NCBI RefSeq assembly: GCF_000011805.1
Contig: NC_006841.2
Origin: Aliivibrio fischeri ES114
Lineage (GTDB): Bacteria > Pseudomonadota > Gammaproteobacteria > Enterobacterales > Vibrionaceae
Length of the DNA stretch: 32,000 nt
Direction: 5' to 3' (one strand)
Shown here: positions 11,406-23,500 of the stretch, piece after piece
Layout of the letters: every line of letters starts with the position of its first letter
How positions within the stretch are numbered: position 1 is the first letter of the stretch
Notes under the pieces: model-generated
What the model saw: only the letters and a program-made list of their open reading frames with translations
Told to the model about the DNA's origin: nothing
The model's database searches: none
Position numbers and translations under genes: made by a program

Positions 11406-11446
11406 TAAAAAAATAGCATTGGCAATAACGCTCAATGCTATTTTTA
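11406..11446. terminator. Bidirectional rho-independent terminator between convergent genes
   Basis: Perfect 9-bp stem ATAGCATTG (11413..11421) / CAATGCTAT (11433..11441) with an 11-nt loop. An A-run lies upstream and TTTTT downstream, so it works for both the DUF342 gene (+) and the MFS gene (-). Confidence 0.7.
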
Positions 11447-11466
11447 TTCACCAATATATTAACTGG

Positions 11467-12660
11467 TTATTGAGTTGCTAATGCCGCTCTTTCTTCTTTA
11501 TTTACTTTAAATACCATTACAGCACCAATAAATAAGAACACAAGTTGCAATAACATGATGCTACCCATAGAGATTGCACCTAGGTAACTAATGCTTGAAA
11601 CCATTGCACTTGCTGCTACACAGAAAAGCATTTGTAAGAAGTTTAGTAGACCAGAAGCTACGGCACTCCCCTCTTTAAAATCAACCAATGCGTTATTTAC
11701 TACGATTGGGTAAATTGCACCATTTGCTGCTGCTAAAAAGCAAAACGGAATTAGCATTGGGATAATAGAAGATACATCCATTCTCCACGACACTAAGAAT
11801 ACAGTAGCCACGCTTGCAATCGACAGTTTTAAAATCCATGGAAGAACTTGTTGAGCATCAAAACGCTCTAGTGCCCAACGGCAACCGTAACCACCAACGA
11901 TAAATGCAATAGTTTGTGGAACATAACTTAAACCGATATCAGCACCTGAGTAGCCCATTTGCGTCATTACAAACGGTGAACCCGTTAACCATGCAAAGAA
12001 GATCGCTGAACTTGCTGCATAAATTAGCATGTTACCTGTGAATTTTTTTGACTTAATAACATCACGGAATGTAATGCTTTTCTCAGAAGTCATTTTTTCT
12101 TGTTTTGGTTCTTTGTCTACAAAAGTACGTAGTGCTAGACCAACACCAATCACAGTTAGTGTTACGAAAATCATTGACCAACCGTAGAACTTTTCAATTG
12201 CTGCACCCAATAATGGAGCTAAGGCAGGAGAAAGAGCAACAAGAGGCATGATAGTAGCAAAAACACGTTGTGATGTTTTTGCATCATAACGCTGAATCAC
12301 CATTGCTTGCCAAATAACGTTTGCACTACACGCACCTAACGCTTGGAAAAAGCGAGCGACTAGTAACATTTCTACACTGGTTGAAAATGAAGCAGCCAAA
12401 CTACTGATTGCAAAAATGCTTAAACCAACGATTAATGATTTTTTTGTACCTAATTTTTGAGTTAGTCTACCGTAAAAAAGTTGACCAATTGCCATACCTA
12501 ACAAGAAAATACTTAGGGTTAAACCAATCATGTTTTCAGTAGTACCTAGATCACCACGGATGATATCGAATGCAGGTAGATACATATCAGTTGCTAAGAA
12601 ACCCAGCATACTTAGGCCAGCAAGCCAAATATAAGGAATCGATTGTTTTTTATTGTCCAT
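11467..12660 (-). CDS. MFS drug-efflux transporter, Bcr/CflA subfamily-like
   Basis: Twelve hydrophobic segments. The N-terminal LSMLGFLATDMYLPAFDIIRGDLGTTENMIGLTLSIFLLGMAIGQLFYGRL is typical of Bcr/CflA-type DHA1 pumps. I place the start at ATG 12658..12660 (MDNKKQ...), preceded by GGAG with a 6-nt spacer. The ORF-track start at 12672 is a TTG that contains that SD sequence. Confidence 0.85.
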   Translation of the reverse strand: MDNKKQSIPYIWLAGLSMLGFLATDMYLPAFDIIRGDLGTTENMIGLTLSIFLLGMAIGQLFYGRLTQKLGTKKSLIVGLSIFAISSLAASFSTSVEMLLVARFFQALGACSANVIWQAMVIQRYDAKTSQRVFATIMPLVALSPALAPLLGAAIEKFYGWSMIFVTLTVIGVGLALRTFVDKEPKQEKMTSEKSITFRDVIKSKKFTGNMLIYAASSAIFFAWLTGSPFVMTQMGYSGADIGLSYVPQTIAFIVGGYGCRWALERFDAQQVLPWILKLSIASVATVFLVSWRMDVSSIIPMLIPFCFLAAANGAIYPIVVNNALVDFKEGSAVASGLLNFLQMLFCVAASAMVSSISYLGAISMGSIMLLQLVFLFIGAVMVFKVNKEERAALATQ

Positions 12661-12747
12661 GTTCTTCTCCAAAGCTGAACATTTTTTAAATTCGTTGCAT
12701 TCTATGTGCTAGTTGCTACTCTTGTGAAACGATATAATTTGCACTTT

Positions 12748-12766
12748 GCATCAAATTATTTGATGC
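12748..12766. promoter_or_regulatory. Perfect 19-bp palindrome GCATCAAAT-T-ATTTGATGC containing an ATC-N9-GAT (T-N11-A) LTTR-box
   Basis: It lies in the 130-bp divergent region between the MFS pump (start 12660) and the LysR gene (start 12791), 25 nt upstream of the LysR ATG. It matches the classical LysR-type dyad architecture. Confidence 0.5.
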
Positions 12767-12790
12767 GAATAAATAACCATCAGGTATTTT

Positions 12791-13699
12791 ATGTTTTCAT
12801 ATCATGAATTAATCACAATCGAGTCCGTTGCACGGTTAGGTAGCTTTAGCCAAGCAGCGGATGAATTACACAAAGTGCCGAGTGCGATTAGCTATACGAT
12901 TAAATCTGTAGAAGATAGATTAACCGTGGTTTTATTTACTCGGCTTCATCGACGAGTAGAGCTCACCGCTGCCGGTACTTATTTTGTAGACCAAGCCAGA
13001 AAGTTATTAAAAGATATGGAAGAGATACGCTTTAATACTCAGCGAGTTGCTAATGGCTGGCAACAAAGTGTTTCTGTTGCATTAGATAATGTGGTTCGAG
13101 AGAACAGTGTAAATCAACTTGTTCGTGACTTTTACGCCACCTTTCCTGATATCGAACTTCAGCTAACGATGGAAGTGTTTAACGGTGTATGGGATGCATT
13201 AATGACAGGTAGAGCGGATATTGGTATTGGTGCAACAGCAACCATTCCTATTGGTGGCGACTTTTCTTATCGCCCTATGGGAGAGTTAGCATGGGATTTT
13301 ATCGTCAGCATCAACCATCCTCTAGCAAGTTTTGAACATGACATCCCTAATGAAGAATTAGTTAAATACCCAGCGATTTGCCTTGAGGATACCTCTCAAA
13401 TCTTACCTAAGCGTTCAACATGGCTATTAGATAATCAACGTCGATTAATCGTTCCCAATTGGCACAGCGCCGAACAGTGCTTTATTGACGGCTTAGGAGT
13501 TGGGGTTATTCCTAATCACAGAGCTAAACGCTTATTAGAGACAGGCCAGGTGATCAGTAAGAAAATTGAACACCATATTGCTCCAAGTCCATGCTGTTTG
13601 GCTTGGAACAATAATAATCAATCTGTTGCGATTCAGTGGTTACTAGACTATTTAGGCGATAGTGACAAACTTAATAGTGAGTGGCTAAAAGAGTTTTAA
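12791..13699 (+). CDS. LysR-family transcriptional regulator, divergent from the MFS pump
   Basis: 302 aa with an N-terminal wHTH (LITIESVARLGSFSQAADELHKVPSAISYTIKSVEDRLTVVLFTRLHRRVELTAAG) and a C-terminal LTTR effector domain. The divergent arrangement with a transporter is classical. Confidence 0.9.
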   Translation: MFSYHELITIESVARLGSFSQAADELHKVPSAISYTIKSVEDRLTVVLFTRLHRRVELTAAGTYFVDQARKLLKDMEEIRFNTQRVANGWQQSVSVALDNVVRENSVNQLVRDFYATFPDIELQLTMEVFNGVWDALMTGRADIGIGATATIPIGGDFSYRPMGELAWDFIVSINHPLASFEHDIPNEELVKYPAICLEDTSQILPKRSTWLLDNQRRLIVPNWHSAEQCFIDGLGVGVIPNHRAKRLLETGQVISKKIEHHIAPSPCCLAWNNNNQSVAIQWLLDYLGDSDKLNSEWLKEF

Positions 13700-13706
13700 G
13701 TCATGA

Positions 13707-13741
13707 AAAAAGCGATGATCATAAGATCATCGCTTTTTTCA
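13707..13741. terminator. Bidirectional rho-independent terminator (LysR / pdxH convergent pair)
   Basis: Perfect 10-bp stem AGCGATGATC (13712..13721) / GATCATCGCT (13726..13735) with a 4-nt loop, flanked by AAAAAA and TTTTTT. Confidence 0.8.
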
Positions 13742-13769
13742 ACTTTAATACTAGTGAATAACGACAAGA

Positions 13770-14405
13770 TCATGGCGCTAAACGATCGATCTGCCAATCA
13801 TTTTGATCTTTACTGTATAAGAATCGGTCATGAAGTCGATGATCTCCTCCCTGCCAAAACTCTATAGAATCGATCTTAATTCTAAATCCGCCCCAAAACT
13901 TAGGAACAGGGATCTCTCCTTTTGCAAACTTTTGTTTTAACTCTAGGTACTTACCTTCAAGAGCGGCTCTTGCAGTTAAACGACTACTTTGTTTACTTGC
14001 CCATGCGGCTATCTGACTTTCTTTGGGTCTTGATGTGAAATATTTCATATTCTCAAGAGCCGTTAATTTCTCAGCGGTGCCTGTAATATGAACCTGACGC
14101 TCAAGTGGATGCCATGGGAAATGCAGTGATATCTTACTGTGTTGCTCTAGCTGTTGTGCTTTACGAGAACCTAAGTTGGTATAAAAAACAAAACCTGTCT
14201 TATCAAAATGTTTTAATAGCACAATACGTTGAAACGGTTGTCCATTCTCATCTACTGTAGCCACCGTCATCGCTGTAGGATCGGTCAATTTGGCTTCCAC
14301 AGCTTGTTTTAACCATAATTCAAACAATTCTACAGGCTCTTGAGGTAAATCGGCTCTTCGTAAACCACCAAGGCTATAATCACGACGAATATCTTCTAAT
14401 TCCAT
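13770..14405 (-). CDS. pdxH: Pyridoxamine/pyridoxine 5'-phosphate oxidase
   Basis: 211 aa with PdxH signatures throughout: [61 protein letters not shown] and [17 protein letters not shown]. Confidence 0.95.
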   Translation of the reverse strand: MELEDIRRDYSLGGLRRADLPQEPVELFELWLKQAVEAKLTDPTAMTVATVDENGQPFQRIVLLKHFDKTGFVFYTNLGSRKAQQLEQHSKISLHFPWHPLERQVHITGTAEKLTALENMKYFTSRPKESQIAAWASKQSSRLTARAALEGKYLELKQKFAKGEIPVPKFWGGFRIKIDSIEFWQGGDHRLHDRFLYSKDQNDWQIDRLAP

Positions 14406-14478
14406 GTAAATCTCGACTTCTTTAATTCCAGCTGACTAAATTGTGCTCTTTTGAAACACGCTAAACAAGAGGTGATAC

Positions 14479-14502
14479 AAAAAAAGGGCCTAATTAGACC
14501 CT
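14479..14502 (-). terminator. Probable rho-independent terminator after the giant adhesin gene
   Basis: The minus strand reads AGGGTC-TAATTA-GGCCCT, a 6-bp stem with one G.U pair, followed by TTTTTTT. It starts about 20 nt after the stop at 14524. Confidence 0.5.
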
Positions 14503-14523
14503 AAATTTCATATTAACAACAAG

Positions 14524-17500
14524 TTAGATCGTGTCATCTAATTTAAAAAGTTGCTCATCAAGTAGTTTAGTTAGGATCTCAGCTTGATTTGAGAAATTAG
14601 CATTATCCAATCCGAACGAGCCAATACCTCCTTCAACAACAATCGTATGATCTTTACCAGCATCATCTGTAATCGAGAGCGTTAAATCATCACCATCTTC
14701 AGAGATAGTTATATGTTCAAGTAAATCATTAAGATCATTTTGATGAACATCATCATTTAGTATTTCAGTAATATCAATTAAGTCTTCACCTTTCGTGAAA
14801 TCTTTAATTGTATCAATTCCTGAATCCGCACCTTGATCAACCCATTTGAAGATATCATCACCAATACCTCCAACTAAGATATCGTCTCCAAGACCACCAA
14901 TTAAAATATCGTTGCCTTGATGAGCAAAGATAACGTCATCTTCATCACTACCAATAACCAGATCATTATTGGTTGAGCCACTTAATGAATGATTGATCTG
15001 TATATTCGTTTCATCAGAAGGACTAACATTAAGCGTTGCTTGCTGTAAATGCTCAACACCTTCGCCATCAATGACGGTATAGGCAAGTTCATATGTAACC
15101 GATTTACCACTATCAATGAGAGTCGGGTTATCGATAGGCTGGAATAAGTAACTTCCATCTTTATTAATCAATAAATTACCGTAATCAGTTATAAGCTGAA
15201 GCTTCTCTTCATAAAGGTTAATGCCCACACTTTCTGAAGATACATTTCCATCTTGATCTATAACTTTTAATATATTGATTTTAGATGTCTCAATAACGAG
15301 CTCTGAGTTAGCAATTCCAGTTAAAGAACCAGTAAGTGCTCCTTGCTGCCCAATCGTAGGTTTAAGTTGAGGGAGTACCGTATATAACTCTTTATCTTCG
15401 ATATAAATAACATTATAACTAATATCAGTTAACCCACCTAAATATGGATTATTTGTACCATCATTTATAACGCCTACCGCTTTGACTTCTTTATCTTCAA
15501 TGAACTCATTCCATTGAACTAAAAGATCTGCAGGTATTACTTCGTTATTGTGGCCATCACTAATAAAATAAATCACATCATTTGTATTTGATAAATCAAC
15601 GTCATTCGGAACCTTATCATTCGAATACCCATCAAGTATCGCATAAATAGCTTCACTATAATCCGTTCCTCCCCCTATATAATAAGGGTCAGAAATCATC
15701 TCAATCTCGATAGCATCTTGAAGGTGAGTAATCGCATCTGCAACAGAATACCAACCTAAAGAAGTAGCAGTATCATTAGTTTCATCACTATGACGATTAT
15801 CAAAATCGATCAATTGAACTTGCACCGTTCCCGAATTTGGTTGATTTTGAATATCTTCTAATAGCTTAATAGATGACTCTAAAACTAATTGCATCCTTTC
15901 TTTATCATCGACTTCTACATCTCCCATGCTTCCTGATGAATCAAGAGCAAGAGTAATTAATGTTGTCGGTAATGAACCACCCTGATCAACTAAAATATCT
16001 TGTGGTAAGGTTGCTTCAGCATCCCCAGAAGAAGCATCAGAATTTGATGCTTCAATCGCTGTTGCTGTCGCCTTTAATGTAAAGTCAGATTCAGACTTAG
16101 GAACTTGAATACTCAGGTTACTGAAATCAACGGTCTGATTTCCCGTACCAACTGGAAGAATCCAATTACCCGTAGCCTCATCATAAGTACCAATCGGCTG
16201 CTTATTTTCATCTAAAATTACTGCATTTTCACTTAATCCAGACAACACTAACGATTCCAGTGACTCACTACCATCAAGGTCTGTAACACTTGCCGATAGA
16301 TCTAATGGGATCTCAACATTTTGTATGATCGTATAACTACCATCAGGGTTTAACTCAACGATCGCATCAGAGAATACGAGTCGTTCGATATGATATAATT
16401 GGTCTCCATTATCTTCTGGAGCAGTATGATCGTAGCCTGTATCACGCCCCAATGTATCTGTAACTACCCAGTGATCAACGCCTCCACCATGTGCTCCACC
16501 TTGGTTCGTTATTAAATATTCATCGATACTACCGCTATAAATAACGGCATCAATACCAGAATCAAGAGGACCTGTACCACCATAAATTGAGTCATTTAAT
16601 CCGCCACCAACAAAAACATCATTACCAGTTCCGTGGACAGCATCACCAATTAAATTATCACCTAGTGGGGTACCTATGATTAAGTTATTTCCATCATCAG
16701 CAACAACCATCGCTGCATTGTAAGTTACATTGCCAACCCCTGGAATAGTGCCGCCATTTTCAAAATATTCTTTAATCGCTTCAACGTCACTAGTATCAAA
16801 ATTAGGTGCTGAGTTAGTAATAACAGGTTCGCCTAAAACTAAAGAAACAGTTGGTTTATCTGCTTGAGCATTAACAATCATTTCAGCAGTTCCCGTTGAG
16901 GTTTTATGCCCATCGCTCACCGTAACCGTAAATTCAACAGGTGAATTACTATCGGAATGTTTATTTTCAACTGGAGTAAATATGGCCCCAATGACTTCAT
17001 TACCATTGAAAATAAGTTCTAAAGAACCAAATGCTGGATCAACGGTAATATTAGTTAGAGTGACATCATCACCATCCAAATCACTTATCAGTAACTCACT
17101 TAAGTTTAGTGGAATAGCTACATCTTCATACGTTTCACTAAATACTGAATTATCAACAATTGGAGCATTATTTGTGGCTTTATCAGTACTATCGGTAGAA
17201 ATAGTAATCACACCAGTATCTATCGCATCATCGCTGTCTGTAGCTTGATAGTGAATATCTTCACTTACCATGGCATCAACTACTTCAACACCTTGTAGGG
17301 TCAAATTAGAATTTGGTGATGTCGAACCTTCACCATGAATGGTATAAACTCTAATTTGGTCAAAACCGCTATCAAGCTGAATATTGGCGGTAAACTCGCC
17401 ACTACCATCATAAATACCGTTACTTTCATCATCAAAGGTATAAGGACTTTCACCCACTAAAACCCCATCTTTGAAAAGTAATACTTGAACTTTGGCATCA

Positions 17501-20500
17501 GCACTGCTGTTTTCTGAATAATTTCCCCAAACACTACCAAAATCCATATTAACTTCAGTTATTACTACCTCTGTGGTATTTGGTGACCCAACATTACTGA
17601 AATCAATTTCAACATAATCTTTTGTTTTTACATCGATTTCGCTGTTACCAACACCTAAACCTGTTTCTTGAGCAACGTTATCATAATAAAGCGTTTCAGG
17701 GGTTAGCGTACTAGTATTATCAGGGCTATCTCCAGTAAATTGTCCACCAGAAATAATAACACCACTTACTAATGTAAATGAGTTAACACTTCCGTTTGAG
17801 TAATTTGGAGCAAAGTCTTCTTGAGCATTAAAACTTAAATCGTCATTGATCGATCCATCCAGAACATATTCAATTTGATCTGACTCCGTTAATATTGTCG
17901 AAGATGTAATTTCAGTTCTAGTATCTCCATCAACAACATAAAGCGTACCAAACTCTGGCGAAACAGTTATCATAATGTCTACAAACTTGTTATCTGTATC
18001 GTTTTCGTCATCTTCAAGATCACTGACATATGCGTCAAAACTAAACTGAGTGCTAATATCATCAACCAACTGAATGTCAAAATCATTAGCAATAGGATCT
18101 GCATTGATAGTGACATCTTGTATTACTTCAGTCTTATTACCTGCAATATCTATTGCTGTTACGGTTAATGCATTTGCTCCTTCATTTAACTGATACGGAA
18201 GAGATATGGTGTATTCACCATTCTGATTTGCTGTCACTTCGTCGGTGGTATGAATAACACCATCTTTATCAGTATAAGTAATAGTAACCTTAGCACCAGC
18301 TTCAGTTACACCGGTGATATCTGGCGTTGTATTATTCGTTACGGTATCAGAGTTTGAACCTGTATTAGTATTATCTGTAATATCAGAAGTAATACCTAAA
18401 TCACCATCGCCAACCGTTTCTGTCAGCACTTTAGTATCAACCGTTACATCTTGTGTAGTTGATACGGTATTTCCTGCTAAATCAACGGCAACAATATCAA
18501 TAAGGTTAGAACCTTCCGCTAAAGCGTGCAAAATTGCGATGGTATAAACACCGTTAGCACTTGCTGTACTCGTAGCTGTGCGTAACGTGTCTGATGCGTC
18601 CCTATAAGTAATGGTTACCTTAGCCCCCGCTTCTGTTACGCCCGTAATATCAGGCGTTGCATCATTAGTGATAGTGTCATCATTAGAGCCACTATTTGTA
18701 GCATCCGTGATATCTGAAGTGATACCAGTATTACCATCGCCATCGGTTTCCGTCAGAACGTCAGTATCAACAGTATGTGTTGATGTTACCTTACTTTCTA
18801 CGGTATTACCGGCATCGTCACTTGATTTCACAACAACTTCAAACTCGGTATCCTCAGCCAAGTCACTACCCGCAACCTCAACACTCCAAGTACCATCCTG
18901 ATTAACTACCGTTTCGTAAGATTGACCATTGATAATCATAGTAACAACATCATCTTTACTGATGTCACCACCAATTGCGGTACCCGTAACTATTATGGTC
19001 TCGCCACTTTCGCTAGCATTAATAACATCATCTTCTGTAATATTAGCAACCGTAACAGCGCCAGCTTCTGCTAAGGTATCAATTACCGCAACGTCTTCGC
19101 CAGTCTCTGATTCATTTCCATATTGATCCGTTAGCGTTGCAGTAACTTTAATCTCATTACCTTCACCAGGACTTGGGAACGTTGTTGTTATAGTACCAGC
19201 GATTAAATGAGCAGCCGTTAAAATGATCTCTTTTGTTGTGTTACCATCACTTACGGTAATGACCTCATCTTCTAAAGCTCCTGTCGGCAAACCAATGCTC
19301 ACATCAATATCACCAACTAACTCAGAAGCACTAATTAAACCATCATTAGGACTAGTATCTTCCGTAATCACTACGGTTGGTGCTGCACCGTCAGTACCGG
19401 TCTGTGTATCAACAGTATGAAGCGATGTAACTTTACTCTCGACTATATTGCCCGCATCATCACTTGAGCTGACAGATACCTCAAATTCGGTATCTGCAGC
19501 TAAATCACCACCGTCAACAGCTACACTCCAACTACCATCTTGATTAACCGTAGTTTCATAAGATTGCCCATTGATAATCATGGTGACAACATCATCTTTA
19601 CTTATATCACCACCTATTGCGGTACCTGAAACCATGATGCTCTCGCCACTTTCGCTAGCATTAATTACATCATCTTCAGTGATATTATCTACAATCACAG
19701 AACCTGCATTTGCAGAAGTATCTAAAACAAAATCTAGCGTACTCGAGTCAGACACATTGCCCGCAGCATCAGTTTCTCGAACCGTAATTGAGTTGTCGCC
19801 TTCAACCACAGCAGGAGGGGTTGTTGACCAACTGCCATCCGCCGCTTGATATTCAACTGTATTACCCACTTCGCTTGGCGTTACTGTGAATGAGCCATCA
19901 TTCGTAAGCAGATCACCATTACTAATTCCCGAATCAACATCCAATGTGATTGTCGGGGCATTCGGAGCCTGAGTATCTAAAACAAAATCTAGTGAACTCG
20001 AACCAGACACATTACCCGCAGCATCAGTTTCTCGAACCGTAATTGAGTTGTCGCCTTCAACCACAGCAGGAGGGATTGTTGACCAACTGCCATCCGCCGC
20101 TTGATATTCAACTGTATTGCCAACTTCGCTTGGTGTTACTGTGAATGAACCGTCATTCGTTAATAAATCACCATTACTAATACCCGAGTCAGTATCCAGA
20201 GTGATTGTCGGAGCATTCGGAGCCTGAGTATCTAAAACAAAATCTAGCGTACTCGAGTCAGACACATTGCCCGCAGCATCAGTTTCTCGAACCGTAATTG
20301 AGTTGTCGCCTTCAACCACAGCAGGAGGGGTTGTTGACCAACTGCCATCCGCCGCTTGATATTCAACTGTATTGCCAACTTCGCTTGGTGTTACTGTGAA
20401 TGAACCGTCATTCGTTAATAAATCACCATCACTAATGCCTGAATCTGTATCCAATGTGATCGTCGGAGCATTCGGCGCTTGCGTATCTAAAACAAAATCC

Positions 20501-23500
20501 AGTGTATTTGAACCAGACACATTGCCTGCAGTATCAGTCTCTCGAACCGTAATTGAGTTGTCGCCTTCAACCACTGCAGGAGGGGTTGGGGTTGTTGACC
20601 AACTGCCATCCGCCGCTTGATATTCAACTGTATTACCCACTTCGCTTGGCGTTACTGTGAATGAGCCATCATTCGTAAGCAGATCACCATTACTAATACC
20701 CGAATCAACATCCAATGTGATCGTCGGAGCATTTGGCGCTTGTGTATCAAGTACAAAATCAAGTGTGCTTGAGCCAGACACATTGCCTGCGGTATCAGTC
20801 TCACGCACCACGATTGAATTATCACCTTCAACCACAACAGGAGCATCAGTCGTCCACTCACCATTCACGAAGTACTCAACCGTATTACCATCTTCACTTG
20901 GTGTTACCGTAAACGAGCCGTCATTAGTTAATAAATCACCATCACTAATACCTGAATCAACATCCAATGTGATCGTTGGTGCATTCGGCGCTTGGGTATC
21001 TAAAACAAAATCTAATGTACTCGAGTCAGACACATTACCCGCAGCATCAGTCTCTCGAACCGTAATTGAGTTGTCACCTTCAACCACAGCAGGAGGGGTT
21101 GTTGACCAACTGCCATCTGCAGCCTGATATTCAACTGTATTGCCAACTTCGCTTGGCGTTACTGTGAATGAACCATCGTTAGTTAGGAAATCATTACCCA
21201 ACTTACCGCTGTCCGTATCAAGAGTAATTATTGGAGCATTCGGCGCTTGCGTATCAAGTACAAAATCTAATGTACTCGAGCCAGACACATTACCTGCCGC
21301 ATCAGTTTCACGCACGGTTATTGAGTTAGCACCTTCGGTAGCGATTGGCGCATCAATCGTCCACTCACCATTAACAAAGTACTCAACCGTATTACCAACT
21401 TCGCTTGGCGTTACTATGAATGAACCATCATTCGTAAGCAGATCACCATTACTAATACCCGAGTCAGTATCCAGTGTGATAGTCGGTGCGTTCGGTGCTT
21501 GCGTATCAAGTACAAAATCAAGTGTGTTTGAGCCAGACACATTTCCCGCAGCATCAGTTTCTCGAACTATAATCGAGTTGTCGCCTTCAACTACTTCAGG
21601 AGGGGTTGTTGACCAACTGCCATCCGCAGCCTGATATTCAACTGTATTGCCAACTTCGCTTGGCGTTACTGTGAATGAACCATCATTCGTTAATAAATCA
21701 CCATTACTAATACCTGAATCTGTATCCAGTGTGATCGTCGGAGCATTCGGTGCTTTCGTATCAAGCACAAAATCAAGCGTGCTTGAACCTGACACATTAC
21801 CCGCAGCATCAGTTTCTCGAACCGTAATTGAGTTGTCGCCTTCAACTACTTCAGGAGGTGTTGTTGACCAACTGCCATCTGCAGCCTGATATTCAACGGT
21901 ATTGCCATCTTCACTTGGTGTTACCGTAAACGAGCCGTCATTAGTTAATAAATCACCATCACTAATACCCGAGTCTGTATCTAGTGTGATCGTCGGAGCA
22001 TTCGGTGCTTGCGTATCAAGCACAAAATCAAGTGTGCTTGAACCTGACACATTACCCGCTGCATCAGTCTCACGAACCACTATTGAATTATCACCTTCAA
22101 CCACAACAGGAGCATCAGTCGTCCACGCACCATTCACAAAGTATTCAACTGTATTACCAACTTCGCTTGGCGTTACTGTGAATGAACCGTCATTAGTTAA
22201 GAAGTCATCACCTAGCTTGCCACTATCGGTATCTAAAGTGATTATTGGTGCACTTGGAGCCTGAGTATCTAAAACAAAATCTAGTGTATTTGAACCTGAA
22301 ACATTACCCGCCGCATCAGTCTCTCGAACCGTAATTGAGTTGTCGCCTTCAACTACTTCAGGAGGGGTTGTTGACCAACTGCCATCTGCAGCCTGATATT
22401 CAACTGTATTGCCAACTTCGCTTGGCGTTACTGTGAATGAACCATCGTTAGTTAGAAAATCATTACCCAACTTACCGCTGTCCGTATCAAGAGTAATTGT
22501 TGGAGCATTCGGAGCCTGAGTATCTAAAACCAAATCTAGTGTACTCGAGCCAGACACATTGCCTGCGGTATCAGTCTCTCGAACCGTAATTGAGTTGTCG
22601 CCTTCAACCACAGCAGGAGGGGTTGTTGACCAACTGCCATCCGCCGCTTGATATTCAACTGTATTACCCACTTCGCTTGGCGTTACTGTGAATGAGCCAT
22701 CATTCGTAAGCAGATCACCATTACTAATTCCCGAATCAACATCCAATGTGATTGTCGGAGCATTCGGAGCCTGAGTATCTAAAACAAAATCTAGTGAACT
22801 CGAGCCAGACACATTACCCGCAGCATCAGTTTCACGAACCGTAATTGAGTTGTCGCCTTCAACCACAGCAGGAGGGATTGTTGACCAACTGCCATCCGCC
22901 GCTTGATATTCAACTGTATTGCCAACTTCGCTTGGTGTTACTGTGAATGAACCGTCATTCGTTAATAAATCACCATTACTAATACCCGAGTCAGTATCCA
23001 GAGTGATCGTCGGAGCATTCGGAGCCTGAGTATCTAAAACAAAATCTAGCGTACTCGAGTCAGACACATTGCCCGCAGCATCAGTTTCACGCACCACGAT
23101 TGAATTATCACCTTCAACCACAACAGGAGCATCAGTCGTCCACGCTCCATTCACGAAGTACTCAACCGTATTACCATCTTCGCTTGGCGTTACCGTAAAC
23201 GAGCCGTCATTAGTTAATAAATCACCATCACTAATACCTGAATCAACATCCAATGTGATCGTTGGTGCATTCGGCGCTTGGGTATCTAAAACAAAATCTA
23301 ATGTACTCGAGTCAGACACATTACCCGCAGCATCAGTCTCTCGAACCGTAATTGAGTTGTCACCTTCAACCACAGCAGGAGGTGTTGTTGACCAACTGCC
23401 ATCTGCAGCCTGATATTCAACTGTATTGCCAACTTCGCTTGGCGTTACTGTGAATGAACCGTCATTAGTTAAGAAGTCATCACCTAACTTGCCACTATCG

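Noticed and set aside
12661-12672. The TTG start proposed by the ORF track for the MFS transporter.
   Set aside because: The TTG codon and the next codon contain the GGAG Shine-Dalgarno sequence for the ATG at 12660, so the ATG is the more plausible start.
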